Shown: in pieces, positions 54,972 through 64,000 of the stretch
Layout: the number at the start of each line of letters is the position of its first letter
How positions within the stretch are numbered: the stretch's first letter is position 1
Origin: a virus
Taxonomy: Duplodnaviria > Caudoviricetes
IMG/VR virus record: IMGVR_UViG_3300030376_004895
Coordinates: 21,931 to 85,930 of that record
DNA: 64,000 nucleotides
Reading direction: 5' to 3' (one strand)
The notes under the pieces: generated by a model
What the model was told of the DNA's origin: nothing
The model's input: the letters and a program-made list of their open reading frames with translations, nothing else
Database searches by the model: none
Translations under genes and position numbers: made by a program

Positions 54972-56488
54972 TGCGGAGGAGCACCCCCTCCGCCTGGTGG
55001 TGCGCCGCCCCCTCCGCCTGGTGGTGCGCCTCCTCCTTGTTGCATCTGAGCCTCCTGAGCCTTAGCCGCAACCTCTTCGGGCGAAGGCTCCTTGAAATCG
55101 AACTCTAGGAATTTATCATCTATCTGATCCCGTAGTGCGGCATCGTATCCGGCTTGCTTCATCTGCATCATGTTGCGGATAGCCATCTCATCCCTGCGGA
55201 AGCGCATGATTTCATCCTCTTCCTCATGTGGGTTCAATGTGATATTCCACTCACTTATTCCGAATGCCTCAAGCAGAAGGGGGAACAAGTGCCTGTTGTA
55301 TATCGACTGAGAATAGGCCAATGCACGGTTAGTGACTACGATTTGCATCCCTTCGTTGTTCAGACCCCCTCCAGACACGTCATTCATGAATACGTTTGAC
55401 ACTCCGTAGTATGCAGATATTCGTTGTCTGATGTCATCCTTGATTGGGATATACTGCAATTCCTCAAGCGTATCCATCATTCGGACATACTCAAGACCAC
55501 CACGACCAGACTCGGTTTCGACACCGATTGTAGGGACATAGCTCGGGTCACGCTCAAGATGCTCTTGGATGTTCCTCGCCGTCCTCTCAACAGTCTCCAT
55601 GTTGGATGACTTGATCACCATAACTCCGCGAGGCATCCTCCTCTTCTGGTATGCGGAATAGACGTAGTTGTCCATAGCAATGAGTGTGTTCACTTGTCGC
55701 CACATAGTAGCAACGGGGCTACGCCCATACAGTTTGGATGGCGACCACTTGCTGATGTGGATGACTTCTCCCTCAGTATATACCTGGCCGTTGCCCACAC
55801 CTGCTAGGTTGATGTAATGAATTGGGACTACCGGCATACCCGATACAGGACATACTGCTTCAGGGTCACTTGACCTAAATGAACGATCAACTAGGCTGGT
55901 GTATTGAGTTCCCCCCCTTATCCCTCTCTTGTCTGAGATGATACGCATGAAGATGGGGTCGGCTCTCGATACCTCCCTTATGCGGAAGAATTGAGGTTGC
56001 TTGGTAGCGGGGTCAATGAAATACTCCTTTGTCAAGACTAGGTATGCATCATCAACGATATTGAGATCCATCTCTATCTCTCGAAGGATGTCAATGAATT
56101 GCTGAGTCATCCTGTTCTGCCCACCCAGGATAGTTTCTGCATACTCAATCTGCCCCTTGTCTGCCTTCCGAACCTCTCCGCCGCATGACTTGCAAGAATC
56201 AACCTCTTGATGGAACTCTGATTCACACTCCACACATTTTGAAACGAATTTCGCTTTCCATTCCCATCCCTTTCGGAATGTTTCGACACATAGGTGATTT
56301 AGAATTGACCTCAGAACCATGCATTCGTAAGCTGCGGCATACAATGCAGGAACGGTAATTCCTTGAAGGAGAGGTGGTTCTTGAACGCCTTCTGTGAATA
56401 GAGGCATAGAAGGAATAGGAGTGTTATACCTCTCCATATCCATGCCGATGGCAGCGAACATCCTTTCCATCTTCTTGCTATCAACCAC
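54968..56488 (-). CDS. Portal protein with zinc-ribbon insertion
   Basis: EIEMDLNIVDDAYL, EVIHISKWSPSKLYGRSPV, DDIRQRISAYYGVSNVFM, W-x-I-x-LNP portal motifs, plus a CVEC...CKSC insert. Confidence 0.9.
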   Translation of the reverse strand: MVDSKKMERMFAAIGMDMERYNTPIPSMPLFTEGVQEPPLLQGITVPALYAAAYECMVLRSILNHLCVETFRKGWEWKAKFVSKCVECESEFHQEVDSCKSCGGEVRKADKGQIEYAETILGGQNRMTQQFIDILREIEMDLNIVDDAYLVLTKEYFIDPATKQPQFFRIREVSRADPIFMRIISDKRGIRGGTQYTSLVDRSFRSSDPEAVCPVSGMPVVPIHYINLAGVGNGQVYTEGEVIHISKWSPSKLYGRSPVATMWRQVNTLIAMDNYVYSAYQKRRMPRGVMVIKSSNMETVERTARNIQEHLERDPSYVPTIGVETESGRGGLEYVRMMDTLEELQYIPIKDDIRQRISAYYGVSNVFMNDVSGGGLNNEGMQIVVTNRALAYSQSIYNRHLFPLLLEAFGISEWNITLNPHEEEDEIMRFRRDEMAIRNMMQMKQAGYDAALRDQIDDKFLEFDFKEPSPEEVAAKAQEAQMQQGGGAPPGGGGGAPPGGGGAPPQ

Positions 56489-57893
56489 TTGCCTTCACCG
56501 CCTCTTTCATGTTGTCGAACTCGTCCACGCTTAATTTGTGTTTCCGCAATAGCCTTGATCGGTCTTTTGCCTCAACTGTATCATATGCCATCACAATTAG
56601 TGTATCTCTGTCACCCCTCAATGCAGAGAGCATATTGCGTGGCGAAGGGTATTCTCCTCTATCAGATAGATGGGGTTCGGCCATTTCCAATGCCTTGAGG
56701 ACAGAGGTGTCGCCTTCGATTACTAATCCTGAGCCTTCGGCCTTTATCCCTGCTATGCCTTCTTTCTTCAATGCCTCTGCATACCAGGGTGCAGATGGAG
56801 CATTGAAATTGATTTCCAAACGAGGATACAATCTCGTATCAAATTTGAAAAGACTACTGTTGTCAATCAAACCTGCGAGGAATTGATCTGCATCCTTCAA
56901 GATGACATCTCTGCGCTTAATGTCATAGAATAGTCCTCTCCCCATTGACTTGCTAAATTGCCCTATTGCAATTATATCGAAGAGGAAACCATGAGATTTG
57001 ATTAGTGAAGAGATCTCAGCAGGGCTTGCTTGGACACCATATGATTTGAGAGTCTGAGCATTAACTGCACCTCTTGATGATAAAATGCTTCTGCAATTAT
57101 TGAGAATACCCCGTTCCCTATGAGATAGCCTTTCTGATTTGTCAAGAGTAGTCCTCCATAGCTTCTCGGCCTTATCTCTGCCTTCTTCATCCGAGGCAGA
57201 CACCCAGGACTTAACGAAACGGCGGAATGGCAAATTCAACCTCTCACTATTCTGATTCAGAGAATCATAGTCCAGATCAGTCAGAGGTAGTGAACCCACT
57301 AAGTCCGGCGATACGCCTGGGAATTGTGAAAGAGTCGCTTGCTTCTCCAAGAGTAGTAGTGGTTGGATTGAATCCAATACTTTGACTTCATTGCCTTTGA
57401 TGAGGATCTCTGTCAGTTCACGCCCTGTCATCCCGAAGTTGTCCTGGAACCATGTATTCATTTTGGCTATGGGTATCCGAGGTGCTTCAGGTGGCAGAGC
57501 CGTTCCTTCTTGCTCAGTTGGAACATCGCTCTCTGCACTATCCATCCCCTCTATCTCTGCACCTTGTCCCTCTTCTGGTGCGGGTGGTGCAGGTTGCTGT
57601 GCATCTATTTGCTCTTGTTGTGCCCTCTCTTGTTCGGCCTGTTGCAATTCTTGTTCCGCCGCAGCGACCTCTTGCTTTTTTGATTCTAATTTCTGCCTAA
57701 TGGCATCAGCACCCATCATCGCACCTTGCGCTACTACTTTACGACCTGTGGGTGAGGCCATAACTGCCCTTGCCCCTGCCGCTAATGCGGGTAGGATTTT
57801 CTCAACGGAGTCTGTCATATCCTCCACGCCTGGGGTTGGTTCTATGTATTCACGCATCCGCCCACCCCAACCTGTTCTTCCACATCTCGCCAT
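56481..57893 (-). CDS. Coiled-coil/HTH protein with degenerate LAGLIDADG domain (true start likely 57857 or 57818)
   Basis: DQFLAGLIDNSSLFKF...PRLEINF...LVIEG...LKALEMAEPHL follows the LAGLIDADG topology. Confidence 0.6.
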   Translation of the reverse strand: MARCGRTGWGGRMREYIEPTPGVEDMTDSVEKILPALAAGARAVMASPTGRKVVAQGAMMGADAIRQKLESKKQEVAAAEQELQQAEQERAQQEQIDAQQPAPPAPEEGQGAEIEGMDSAESDVPTEQEGTALPPEAPRIPIAKMNTWFQDNFGMTGRELTEILIKGNEVKVLDSIQPLLLLEKQATLSQFPGVSPDLVGSLPLTDLDYDSLNQNSERLNLPFRRFVKSWVSASDEEGRDKAEKLWRTTLDKSERLSHRERGILNNCRSILSSRGAVNAQTLKSYGVQASPAEISSLIKSHGFLFDIIAIGQFSKSMGRGLFYDIKRRDVILKDADQFLAGLIDNSSLFKFDTRLYPRLEINFNAPSAPWYAEALKKEGIAGIKAEGSGLVIEGDTSVLKALEMAEPHLSDRGEYPSPRNMLSALRGDRDTLIVMAYDTVEAKDRSRLLRKHKLSVDEFDNMKEAVKASG

Positions 57894-59268
57894 CTAGGAT
57901 AATTATGTTTTCCCGATATTCCTTAGTCGCTTGCACCGAAAGTGCAAGGGCAATCACCATGTCGTCATGCCTCCCGAGGCTTTCCATACGTCCATTATCG
58001 AGCATGGTGAACATGGATAATTCATTCAATAGCGTATTCATATGCCTCCTTGTTGAACCTTCGTCTTTGTATGGAATCATAAGGTGCTTCTGCTCGAAAT
58101 GAAGTTGAAGTGTGTGCATCAATGCTTCCTTCTTCATTCGATTCATGTTGAATGGTTTGATTGGCAGATCGCTGATTTCCTGCAGGACTTGGTTGAATGC
58201 CATAGCGAAGTTGTTAGTCTCTAGTTCTATGATGACAGGATTGAATCGCGCATTCAATTCGATGATCTTGTCAATCTGTTGATTGAAATTCATGTTCTTC
58301 TCATGGTGGACATGGATTACGCGCTTGTGTCGGTTCTCATCCATGCCAATGACCATCATGCAAGTATAGTCTGCACTCCTGTCTGCGCTGATTGCCGGAT
58401 CCCACCCAATGTAGTAATTCATTGATTGGTCGGGATCGGGGTAGTATGAGAGCATGAGTGAGTCATCTTTGACCCTCTCCAGCATCTCTTCAGGGAATAG
58501 GCTTGACTCACTTGCTATTGGCTTGCATAGATACTCACGAGTGAATGCTATTGATGTCATCTCTCCTCTCCTCGTATTCAGAGCCTCAAGGTTCCACCTC
58601 TCGGGCCACAATGGTTCACCTGTTCCCTCATTGATTGCAGGGTATTCTCTAACACAGTATCCATCAAGACTCTTGAGTTCCGAGTATAGATCCGTGAATG
58701 AGAATGGCGTTCCGACAACGCACATCTGAGCTGTATGGTGGAGAACAGGAAGTAAAGCAGTATAGAACCAAGTGGATATGGATTTCAACTGAGTATCGGC
58801 CTCACTCGATAGGATGTCATCCAGGACAACTATGTCAGGGTGAGCACCACGAACGGCTTTTCCTATGGACATGGCTCGTATAGATGACTTGTTGGTGAAT
58901 TTGAACAACTGCTTCGCCCATCCTCTCTTTGGCTTGAGATGGGCTAGTGCTGGAGTAGTCACAATCAACTCATCCATCTTACCCATGTGATCTATGGATT
59001 GGTGCTGACTGTGGCTGAAGAAAAGAACCTCTGTGCCAGGGTTATATGCCATCTTCCATAGGAGATAGACTCGGAAGAATACAGACTTCCCATGATCACG
59101 ACTTGCTATGACGCAGACCTTGTTATGCTTCTCTGCGTTCTCATACCACTCCTTGTGGAAATGTGCCAATTGAAATTGGCAGATGTCCTCGAAGAAGAAT
59201 CGGAAGTCCCGCCTCCCCATATCCCAATCGACTTTGCTCGTTAGTTCGAGCATTGCCTCATTCGTCAA
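57850..59268 (-). CDS. terL: Terminase large subunit
   Basis: ASRDHGKS (Walker A), VVLDDIL (Walker B), VVGTP, IGWDPA (RNase H-like nuclease), HDDMVIALAL. Confidence 0.95.
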   Translation of the reverse strand: MTNEAMLELTSKVDWDMGRRDFRFFFEDICQFQLAHFHKEWYENAEKHNKVCVIASRDHGKSVFFRVYLLWKMAYNPGTEVLFFSHSQHQSIDHMGKMDELIVTTPALAHLKPKRGWAKQLFKFTNKSSIRAMSIGKAVRGAHPDIVVLDDILSSEADTQLKSISTWFYTALLPVLHHTAQMCVVGTPFSFTDLYSELKSLDGYCVREYPAINEGTGEPLWPERWNLEALNTRRGEMTSIAFTREYLCKPIASESSLFPEEMLERVKDDSLMLSYYPDPDQSMNYYIGWDPAISADRSADYTCMMVIGMDENRHKRVIHVHHEKNMNFNQQIDKIIELNARFNPVIIELETNNFAMAFNQVLQEISDLPIKPFNMNRMKKEALMHTLQLHFEQKHLMIPYKDEGSTRRHMNTLLNELSMFTMLDNGRMESLGRHDDMVIALALSVQATKEYRENIIILDGEMWKNRLGWADA

Positions 59269-60376
59269 TCTTCCACCCCGATGGCAACAAACTCATGTCG
59301 TCTCCACCAGGGCCATTCGTTGCAAACAAAGAAGCCGGTAGTAGCGACAGATCATCACCCTTTACCACATCAAATCCTATATCCGGCTTCTCTTGAGGCG
59401 GCTCACTTTTGATGATTGGAGTGACATACTCTCTTTGTGGATTTGGCCTCTCATTCACAGCAAACGCCTGGGGATTGGAGAATGGGTTGGCAAAGGGATT
59501 CTTGAGTATGAATGAGGAGTCTGCTACGTCATTGTGAATCGGCTTGGCTTTGGCAAATAGATGCTCGGCTTCTGCAAACAATGAGGGAAAGAGTTCTTTC
59601 AAATCATGCTCATTCGCGTAAAGGTGTTTCATTGCCCCTTCATCACCATCTTCTGCCGCAGCGATTAATTCACGAATAGCACTTGGATCTGTTGATGCGA
59701 AAATATTCGGATAAGTTATGGGTTCCCTTGCAGCATCTGCTTCCTTTCTCTTTGCCTCTATCTCAGTTTTCAATTTATCACGGACGGATGAGTGAGTGGA
59801 TTCGGATTTGGGTTTGGGTTTGGGTTTGGATGTGATTTCTCCAGCATTCCCTTCAGAGGGTTCGGCAAATACATCCTCATCTTTAGCAGGTGTTGCTAGG
59901 GTCTGAGGCAGAACAAAGTCATCATTCATCTCTTCTGCAAGACTAGCATCGGCAACGCCATCGCCGTCAGAGTCATCCTCTGGATCTCCATCAATAACTC
60001 CATCATCGTCATTGTCCTCTCCATCTCGTATGTGTGTTTCATGCACAAAATCATCTGGTATCTCCCATTCCGTATTCTCCTCCGGCCCTGGGTCGTGTGG
60101 GGGGTCTGGTCTGTCATCATCGCCAAAATCGAAGTCACCAAACTCATCATCATCTTCAGGAGGTTCGGGAGCCGGAGGAGGAAGATTTCTGTTGGCAATA
60201 GTTGATTGAACGAGTTGTCGCCCTTCTCTTATTCGATCCCGAGTCCTAATGTAATTCTCAAGTTGCTTCTTCTCCCTTGATAATTTGAACCTGCGAATGT
60301 CATCCATGATTCCCTTGTAGATGGTGTCATCGCGCATCGCTATCCAAGCAACGTCAAACGAATCATTGGAGGGCAT
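59258..60376 (-). CDS. Acidic low-complexity probable internal virion protein with SFDVAW leader
   Basis: MPSNDSFDVAWIAMR, D/E/P-rich, DxDxDG loops. Confidence 0.6.
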   Translation of the reverse strand: MPSNDSFDVAWIAMRDDTIYKGIMDDIRRFKLSREKKQLENYIRTRDRIREGRQLVQSTIANRNLPPPAPEPPEDDDEFGDFDFGDDDRPDPPHDPGPEENTEWEIPDDFVHETHIRDGEDNDDDGVIDGDPEDDSDGDGVADASLAEEMNDDFVLPQTLATPAKDEDVFAEPSEGNAGEITSKPKPKPKSESTHSSVRDKLKTEIEAKRKEADAAREPITYPNIFASTDPSAIRELIAAAEDGDEGAMKHLYANEHDLKELFPSLFAEAEHLFAKAKPIHNDVADSSFILKNPFANPFSNPQAFAVNERPNPQREYVTPIIKSEPPQEKPDIGFDVVKGDDLSLLPASLFATNGPGGDDMSLLPSGWKIDE

Positions 60377-62144
60377 ACCGGATCGCCTCCGTGCTATCCC
60401 TCAATCTGATGTTCTGCATCGTCTTCTGCAACCCCCAATACTCGTCAAGGGGTGAGTCGAAAGAGGCCGTGAATGTGGGGTTTGCCCCTGTCATGCCTTG
60501 TAGGTTGGTTCGTGCGGCCTTCGCATCCCTCCTACCGCCGAACCTGGTTAGTGCGTTTGCACCATGTCTTAACGCTCCCGCACCACCTACTGTCAGCAGA
60601 TTGGAAACTATGCCCGTCCCTATGCCACCATCAGCCCAGCTCTTACCTGCCCTTTGGTTCGCTTCGGATAATTTTCCTGCTTGCTCACTTGCAAGGGCAT
60701 TCTCTGCAATCTTGTTGGATTGTGAAGGGGCCGCAGCCGCAGGTGCAGGTGCAGGTGCAGGGGCCGCAGGGGCCGGAGCCGCAGGGGCCGGAGCCGCAGA
60801 GGTAGTAGTCGGAGTGCCGGATGACATTCCGCCACCGCCGGATGACATCCCTCCACCGCCACTCGATGTCGTAGGTGTGGTAGCCGGAGCCGGAGGTGTG
60901 ACTGTTCTCTCATGAGTCTCAGTCACTTCGCCCGTTGCCCCATCTGTTGCAGTTGTCCTGGTTTCCTCGACATCAGGAACCCCATCGCCATCTGCATCCC
61001 CAGGAGTCGGAGCCGCCGCAGGAGTTTGACCTGCTATTTCCATGCCCTCGTGAACATTGCCTGGCATACCTCTCCATCTTCCTTCGGCATCGGCACTCTG
61101 AACGCCTTGCTTCAATTTGGTCTGTTCTTCTCTGTCGAAGTTTAGGTCATTGGTGCTCAACCTTTTTTGATTGCGCTCCTCTATGGCATTCATCGCACCC
61201 TTGCCTGTGACAGCACCCTTGATTCCTGCGCCTAATGTTCCGAGTTTGTCATTGGGGTTGATGAATCCTGATGCATCTCTTCCGGTTCTCTGTCCTGTCG
61301 CGGGATCAACCGCACCGTATGCCATTCTTCCGGCCACATCAGAGGCTCCTTGAGCTGTGGCTCCTATTAGGTTCTTACCGCCCCTACCAATTGCCTTTGC
61401 GCCTTCCAATAGTTTGCTTCCCACGTTCTTTGCACCTTCCCATGCGGCTGTCCTATTTTCAGGAGTGTTGTATTTCGCATTCATGTCACCCGCCCAAGTC
61501 TTAGCGGAATCGACACCCTGTCCTATCTTCTCGGCTGCACCCATCATTGCGGCATCCACTTTGGGAACGACATTCGAGGCCATGTTAGAATATCCTTGAC
61601 CGATCTTCTCGGCTGCACCTGTCATAGCATCTTTTGCCTGACCCAACTTGGCCTTTGCGCCCTCTCCTAATGTCGTCATTGCACTTGAAGCATTATCTTG
61701 CGCCCTGTTTCCCATATCTTTAGCAGCACCGACTATTCCTGGGTCGCCTTGAAACACACCTTCTGGATCGGCACTCGGATCGCCTCCTGTCAGCTTACTG
61801 AATCTCCGATTAATATCCGCATCTGCCGCATCAGTTCCTTCGGTTCCCATGACCTTATCTTTGACACTACTTGCTGCGCCTTTCGCTCTATCTGCTATAT
61901 TACCTGCCGCGCTAGTGATTGCATCTTTCGTCCCTCTGACCGCGCCTTTGCCATATACTGAATCTCTCATCTTCTGATTGCTTGCTTGACGCTTCTCTTC
62001 TAGTTTCTCGGGCGATAGGTTCACACTACCATCTTCATTGGTTCTATCTGCCAAATCATAGGCCGCAGTTCTCGTGGCATCTAATTTGGCAAGCATAAAT
62101 GCGGCTTGCAAAAAATCATTGCCATGATAGTAGTTATTAGTCAT
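60363..62144 (-). CDS. A/G/T/P-rich probable internal (ejection) protein, 593 aa
   Basis: Repeated GAAEKIGQG helices, PAPA and SSGGGGM repeats, hydrophobic glycine-rich C-terminal segment. Confidence 0.6.
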   Translation of the reverse strand: MTNNYYHGNDFLQAAFMLAKLDATRTAAYDLADRTNEDGSVNLSPEKLEEKRQASNQKMRDSVYGKGAVRGTKDAITSAAGNIADRAKGAASSVKDKVMGTEGTDAADADINRRFSKLTGGDPSADPEGVFQGDPGIVGAAKDMGNRAQDNASSAMTTLGEGAKAKLGQAKDAMTGAAEKIGQGYSNMASNVVPKVDAAMMGAAEKIGQGVDSAKTWAGDMNAKYNTPENRTAAWEGAKNVGSKLLEGAKAIGRGGKNLIGATAQGASDVAGRMAYGAVDPATGQRTGRDASGFINPNDKLGTLGAGIKGAVTGKGAMNAIEERNQKRLSTNDLNFDREEQTKLKQGVQSADAEGRWRGMPGNVHEGMEIAGQTPAAAPTPGDADGDGVPDVEETRTTATDGATGEVTETHERTVTPPAPATTPTTSSGGGGMSSGGGGMSSGTPTTTSAAPAPAAPAPAAPAPAPAPAAAAPSQSNKIAENALASEQAGKLSEANQRAGKSWADGGIGTGIVSNLLTVGGAGALRHGANALTRFGGRRDAKAARTNLQGMTGANPTFTASFDSPLDEYWGLQKTMQNIRLRDSTEAIRYALQ

Positions 62145-63987
62145 AGAGAGCCACCTTTACCATCTGAACATTTGAGTGGGGGATGTTGAATGACTTTGCG
62201 ATCTCTCTCCAATCGCCTCTGGTGTGGAATATGGTGACGACATCATTCGTTCCCATTTGCACCTTGCTCGACAGGAGTGCGACATCCAAAGGTGATGTCA
62301 CAGATAGGTCGCCCAGGTGAGATATGTCTTGGATGACGCTTTTTGCGAGTTCGAGTTGCACCTTCTCGATGTAATTCTCAAGCTCCGGTTTGATGTCTTC
62401 CGAACGATGCAAAACATCTCTTGTGGTTAAACTTCCTAACAGTTCTGCCAACCCTGACAATTTAGTTCGCCCACCCGATGTATCAAGTTGCGATTGAAGC
62501 GATTGTATTTGTTCCTTTGCCCGATCATATAACGCGTTCGAGTTGATATATGGGGCGTTTGGAATCGCCCGTGCAGGTGGATTTTGAGGTGGTGCGGGAG
62601 CCGGAGGTAGTCTTGGTATGTGAGCAGGGGGCTGTGCTGGTGGAACGGGTTCCTCTGGTGGTTGGGCCATTTGAGGTTGGACTATATTCTCAGTTGCACC
62701 ACCCTCTTGTATGGCTTGAGGGGCTTGGGGTGTCTGCACACCTGGGCCGTTATACCACTCTGGATGTCCTTCGCCCTTCATATGGTGATCGTAAATCCCT
62801 CTGAGTATCCTCTTCCTTGTCGATCCTCCCCACCCCCCTGGTGCATTCAAATCACGAGCTGGAATCCCGTTTCTCTCTTTCTTCCCTCTGTATGCATTTG
62901 CTATCAAATCACGAACATCTTCTTCTTCTATGCCATGCTCTCTTGATATGTCCTTAATCATGGTATTATTCTTTGTTAGTTTTGTAAGAGGATTGTATGA
63001 GCCTTTGCCCATATTCCTATGCCATGTCTTCCCATGCAAATCGGGATGGAGAATATCCTCTCCCACTTCTCCCTCGCCTAACTGTTCTGCAATGTCCCGA
63101 GGGTCTTCACCTTCTCCTGGGGCGATTTCCTCATCATCACGAATCATCCTTGCTTGCTCATGCTTACGAGGGATAATGGCATATGTTGATTCAAATGGGT
63201 GCTTACTCATGTGAGTATGGCGGAAAACAAGAGGCTCATTGATGAATCCGTCATACACATATTGGTATGCCTGTTGGGGGTTGAACCCCTGTTGCATGGC
63301 CTGTCCTTGCAATTCCTTGACTAACCTGCCAAGATCATCACGCATTTTCCTATCATTAATCGTGATAGTGTTCCGATGGACATAGTGAGCAGGTATCAGG
63401 TGATCCTTGCGGTCTTGAGGCTGTCCGGTTCCACTATGATGCCTTATCTGTATCATCCCTAGATGCTTTGCCGCTTCCTCATACCATCGAGCATAACCTT
63501 CAATCTGCCCATTGTGCCCACTAATGACATGGGTGACTAGCTTTCCATTCTGAGTATGATATGGATTGAATGACCCATCTATATTCTTCTGAGCATTCAC
63601 CGTAGCGGCATTGTGCTCCGTGTGTTGCCTGGAAACAGGCCATGACGCAGGATCACGCCCTCTCTCATCGAAGACCCCATTCCCATTATTCACAGAACCA
63701 ATGCCTCTCCGTGCATTTATCTGATCCTGTAATTTGGCCGCCTTGTTTATCATGGGCTTGCCAATCCTGAGTCCCTCTTCCAAAGCCCTTGCATAATTGG
63801 GATTATCCGGCCCTTCGTGGTATGCTCTTGCATAAGCATCCAACAAGTGACCTGAGCGTATTGCCATCTCCATAGCATCTGCCTCATATGGATTCATCAA
63901 TGCCTCTTCCGTATCTTCCATATTGTGATGGAGAGTGGGGGTGATCTGCGCCATTGTCTCTGGAAGCACGGGGCCATCTATGCCCAT
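62137..63987 (-). CDS. Hypothetical protein (616 aa) with Pro-rich linker and C-terminal HTH-like motif
   Basis: DWREIAKSFNIPHSNVQMVK at the C-terminus. Confidence 0.6.
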   Translation of the reverse strand: MGIDGPVLPETMAQITPTLHHNMEDTEEALMNPYEADAMEMAIRSGHLLDAYARAYHEGPDNPNYARALEEGLRIGKPMINKAAKLQDQINARRGIGSVNNGNGVFDERGRDPASWPVSRQHTEHNAATVNAQKNIDGSFNPYHTQNGKLVTHVISGHNGQIEGYARWYEEAAKHLGMIQIRHHSGTGQPQDRKDHLIPAHYVHRNTITINDRKMRDDLGRLVKELQGQAMQQGFNPQQAYQYVYDGFINEPLVFRHTHMSKHPFESTYAIIPRKHEQARMIRDDEEIAPGEGEDPRDIAEQLGEGEVGEDILHPDLHGKTWHRNMGKGSYNPLTKLTKNNTMIKDISREHGIEEEDVRDLIANAYRGKKERNGIPARDLNAPGGWGGSTRKRILRGIYDHHMKGEGHPEWYNGPGVQTPQAPQAIQEGGATENIVQPQMAQPPEEPVPPAQPPAHIPRLPPAPAPPQNPPARAIPNAPYINSNALYDRAKEQIQSLQSQLDTSGGRTKLSGLAELLGSLTTRDVLHRSEDIKPELENYIEKVQLELAKSVIQDISHLGDLSVTSPLDVALLSSKVQMGTNDVVTIFHTRGDWREIAKSFNIPHSNVQMVKVALYD

Positions 63988-64000
63988 GACGGCTTGAATG

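Larger units (their letters stand above)
1..64000. other. Segment of a tailed (siphovirus-like) virus genome, probably an archaeal magrovirus (MGII/Poseidoniales virus)
   Basis: Complete TerL-portal-protease-MCP-adaptor-tube-TMP-tip gene order on the - strand, archaeal-type replication genes on the + strand, near-continuous coding with ATGA overlaps, no cellular housekeeping genes. Host assignment is inference from gene content. Confidence 0.8.

Noticed and set aside
54985-55035. GC-rich tandem repeat at portal 3' end
   Set aside because: Encodes the GGGAPP low-complexity tail, a simple slippage repeat.
56481-57893. Active homing endonuclease, intein or intron
   Set aside because: Signature is degenerate, TerL and portal are intact, and no splice-junction residues are seen.
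59806-59828. Telomere-like (TTTGGG)n run
   Set aside because: Only three units, encoding KPKPKP in a linker.
9166-63214. Many + strand ORFs of 60-175 aa in the ORF track
   Set aside because: They are antisense shadows of long - strand genes with low-complexity mirror composition and no independent motifs or RBS.
1-64000. tRNA, rRNA, integrase/att site, DNA polymerase, endolysin
   Set aside because: None recognisable. Intergenic gaps are too short for tRNAs. Such genes may lie outside the window.

Overview
The whole window is a 64-kb segment of a tailed dsDNA virus (Caudoviricetes, HK97-type head, non-contractile tail). It is most consistent with a marine archaeal virus of the magrovirus type (Marine Group II/Poseidoniales hosts). 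This is inferred from gene content: PriS-PriL fusion primase, MCM-like AAA+ ATPase, ERCC4 nuclease, XkdF/S78-like prohead protease and GGAGGTG/GGTGA-type RBSs. Bases 1-6542 (+ strand) are a modification/replication block. Bases 6539-63987 (- strand) are one morphogenesis block, read right to left: internal/head proteins, TerL, a LAGLIDADG-like protein, portal, small head proteins, a 1109-aa ligase-like protein, protease-scaffold, MCP, decoration proteins, adaptor, a 4047-aa terminator-like/fibre fusion, tail tube, chaperones with a -1 frameshift, short tape measure, and 2383-aa and 2700-aa tail-tip proteins. Most notable: (i) 8 identical in-frame 13-bp repeats at module junctions of the giant fibre, suggesting a shuffling system; (ii) fusion of that fibre to a tail-terminator-like domain; (iii) a shared F-x-x-A-W-x-x-hydrophobic-K leader and hydrophobic-x-K sites across head proteins, suggesting a capsid targeting/maturation code; (iv) three degenerate enzymes (ligase, LAGLIDADG, DEDD exonuclease); (v) a candidate late-promoter motif and several micro-ORFs missed by the ORF track. 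No tRNA, CRISPR, integrase, reverse transcriptase or intein was seen. All family assignments are from motif reading by eye, not database searches.
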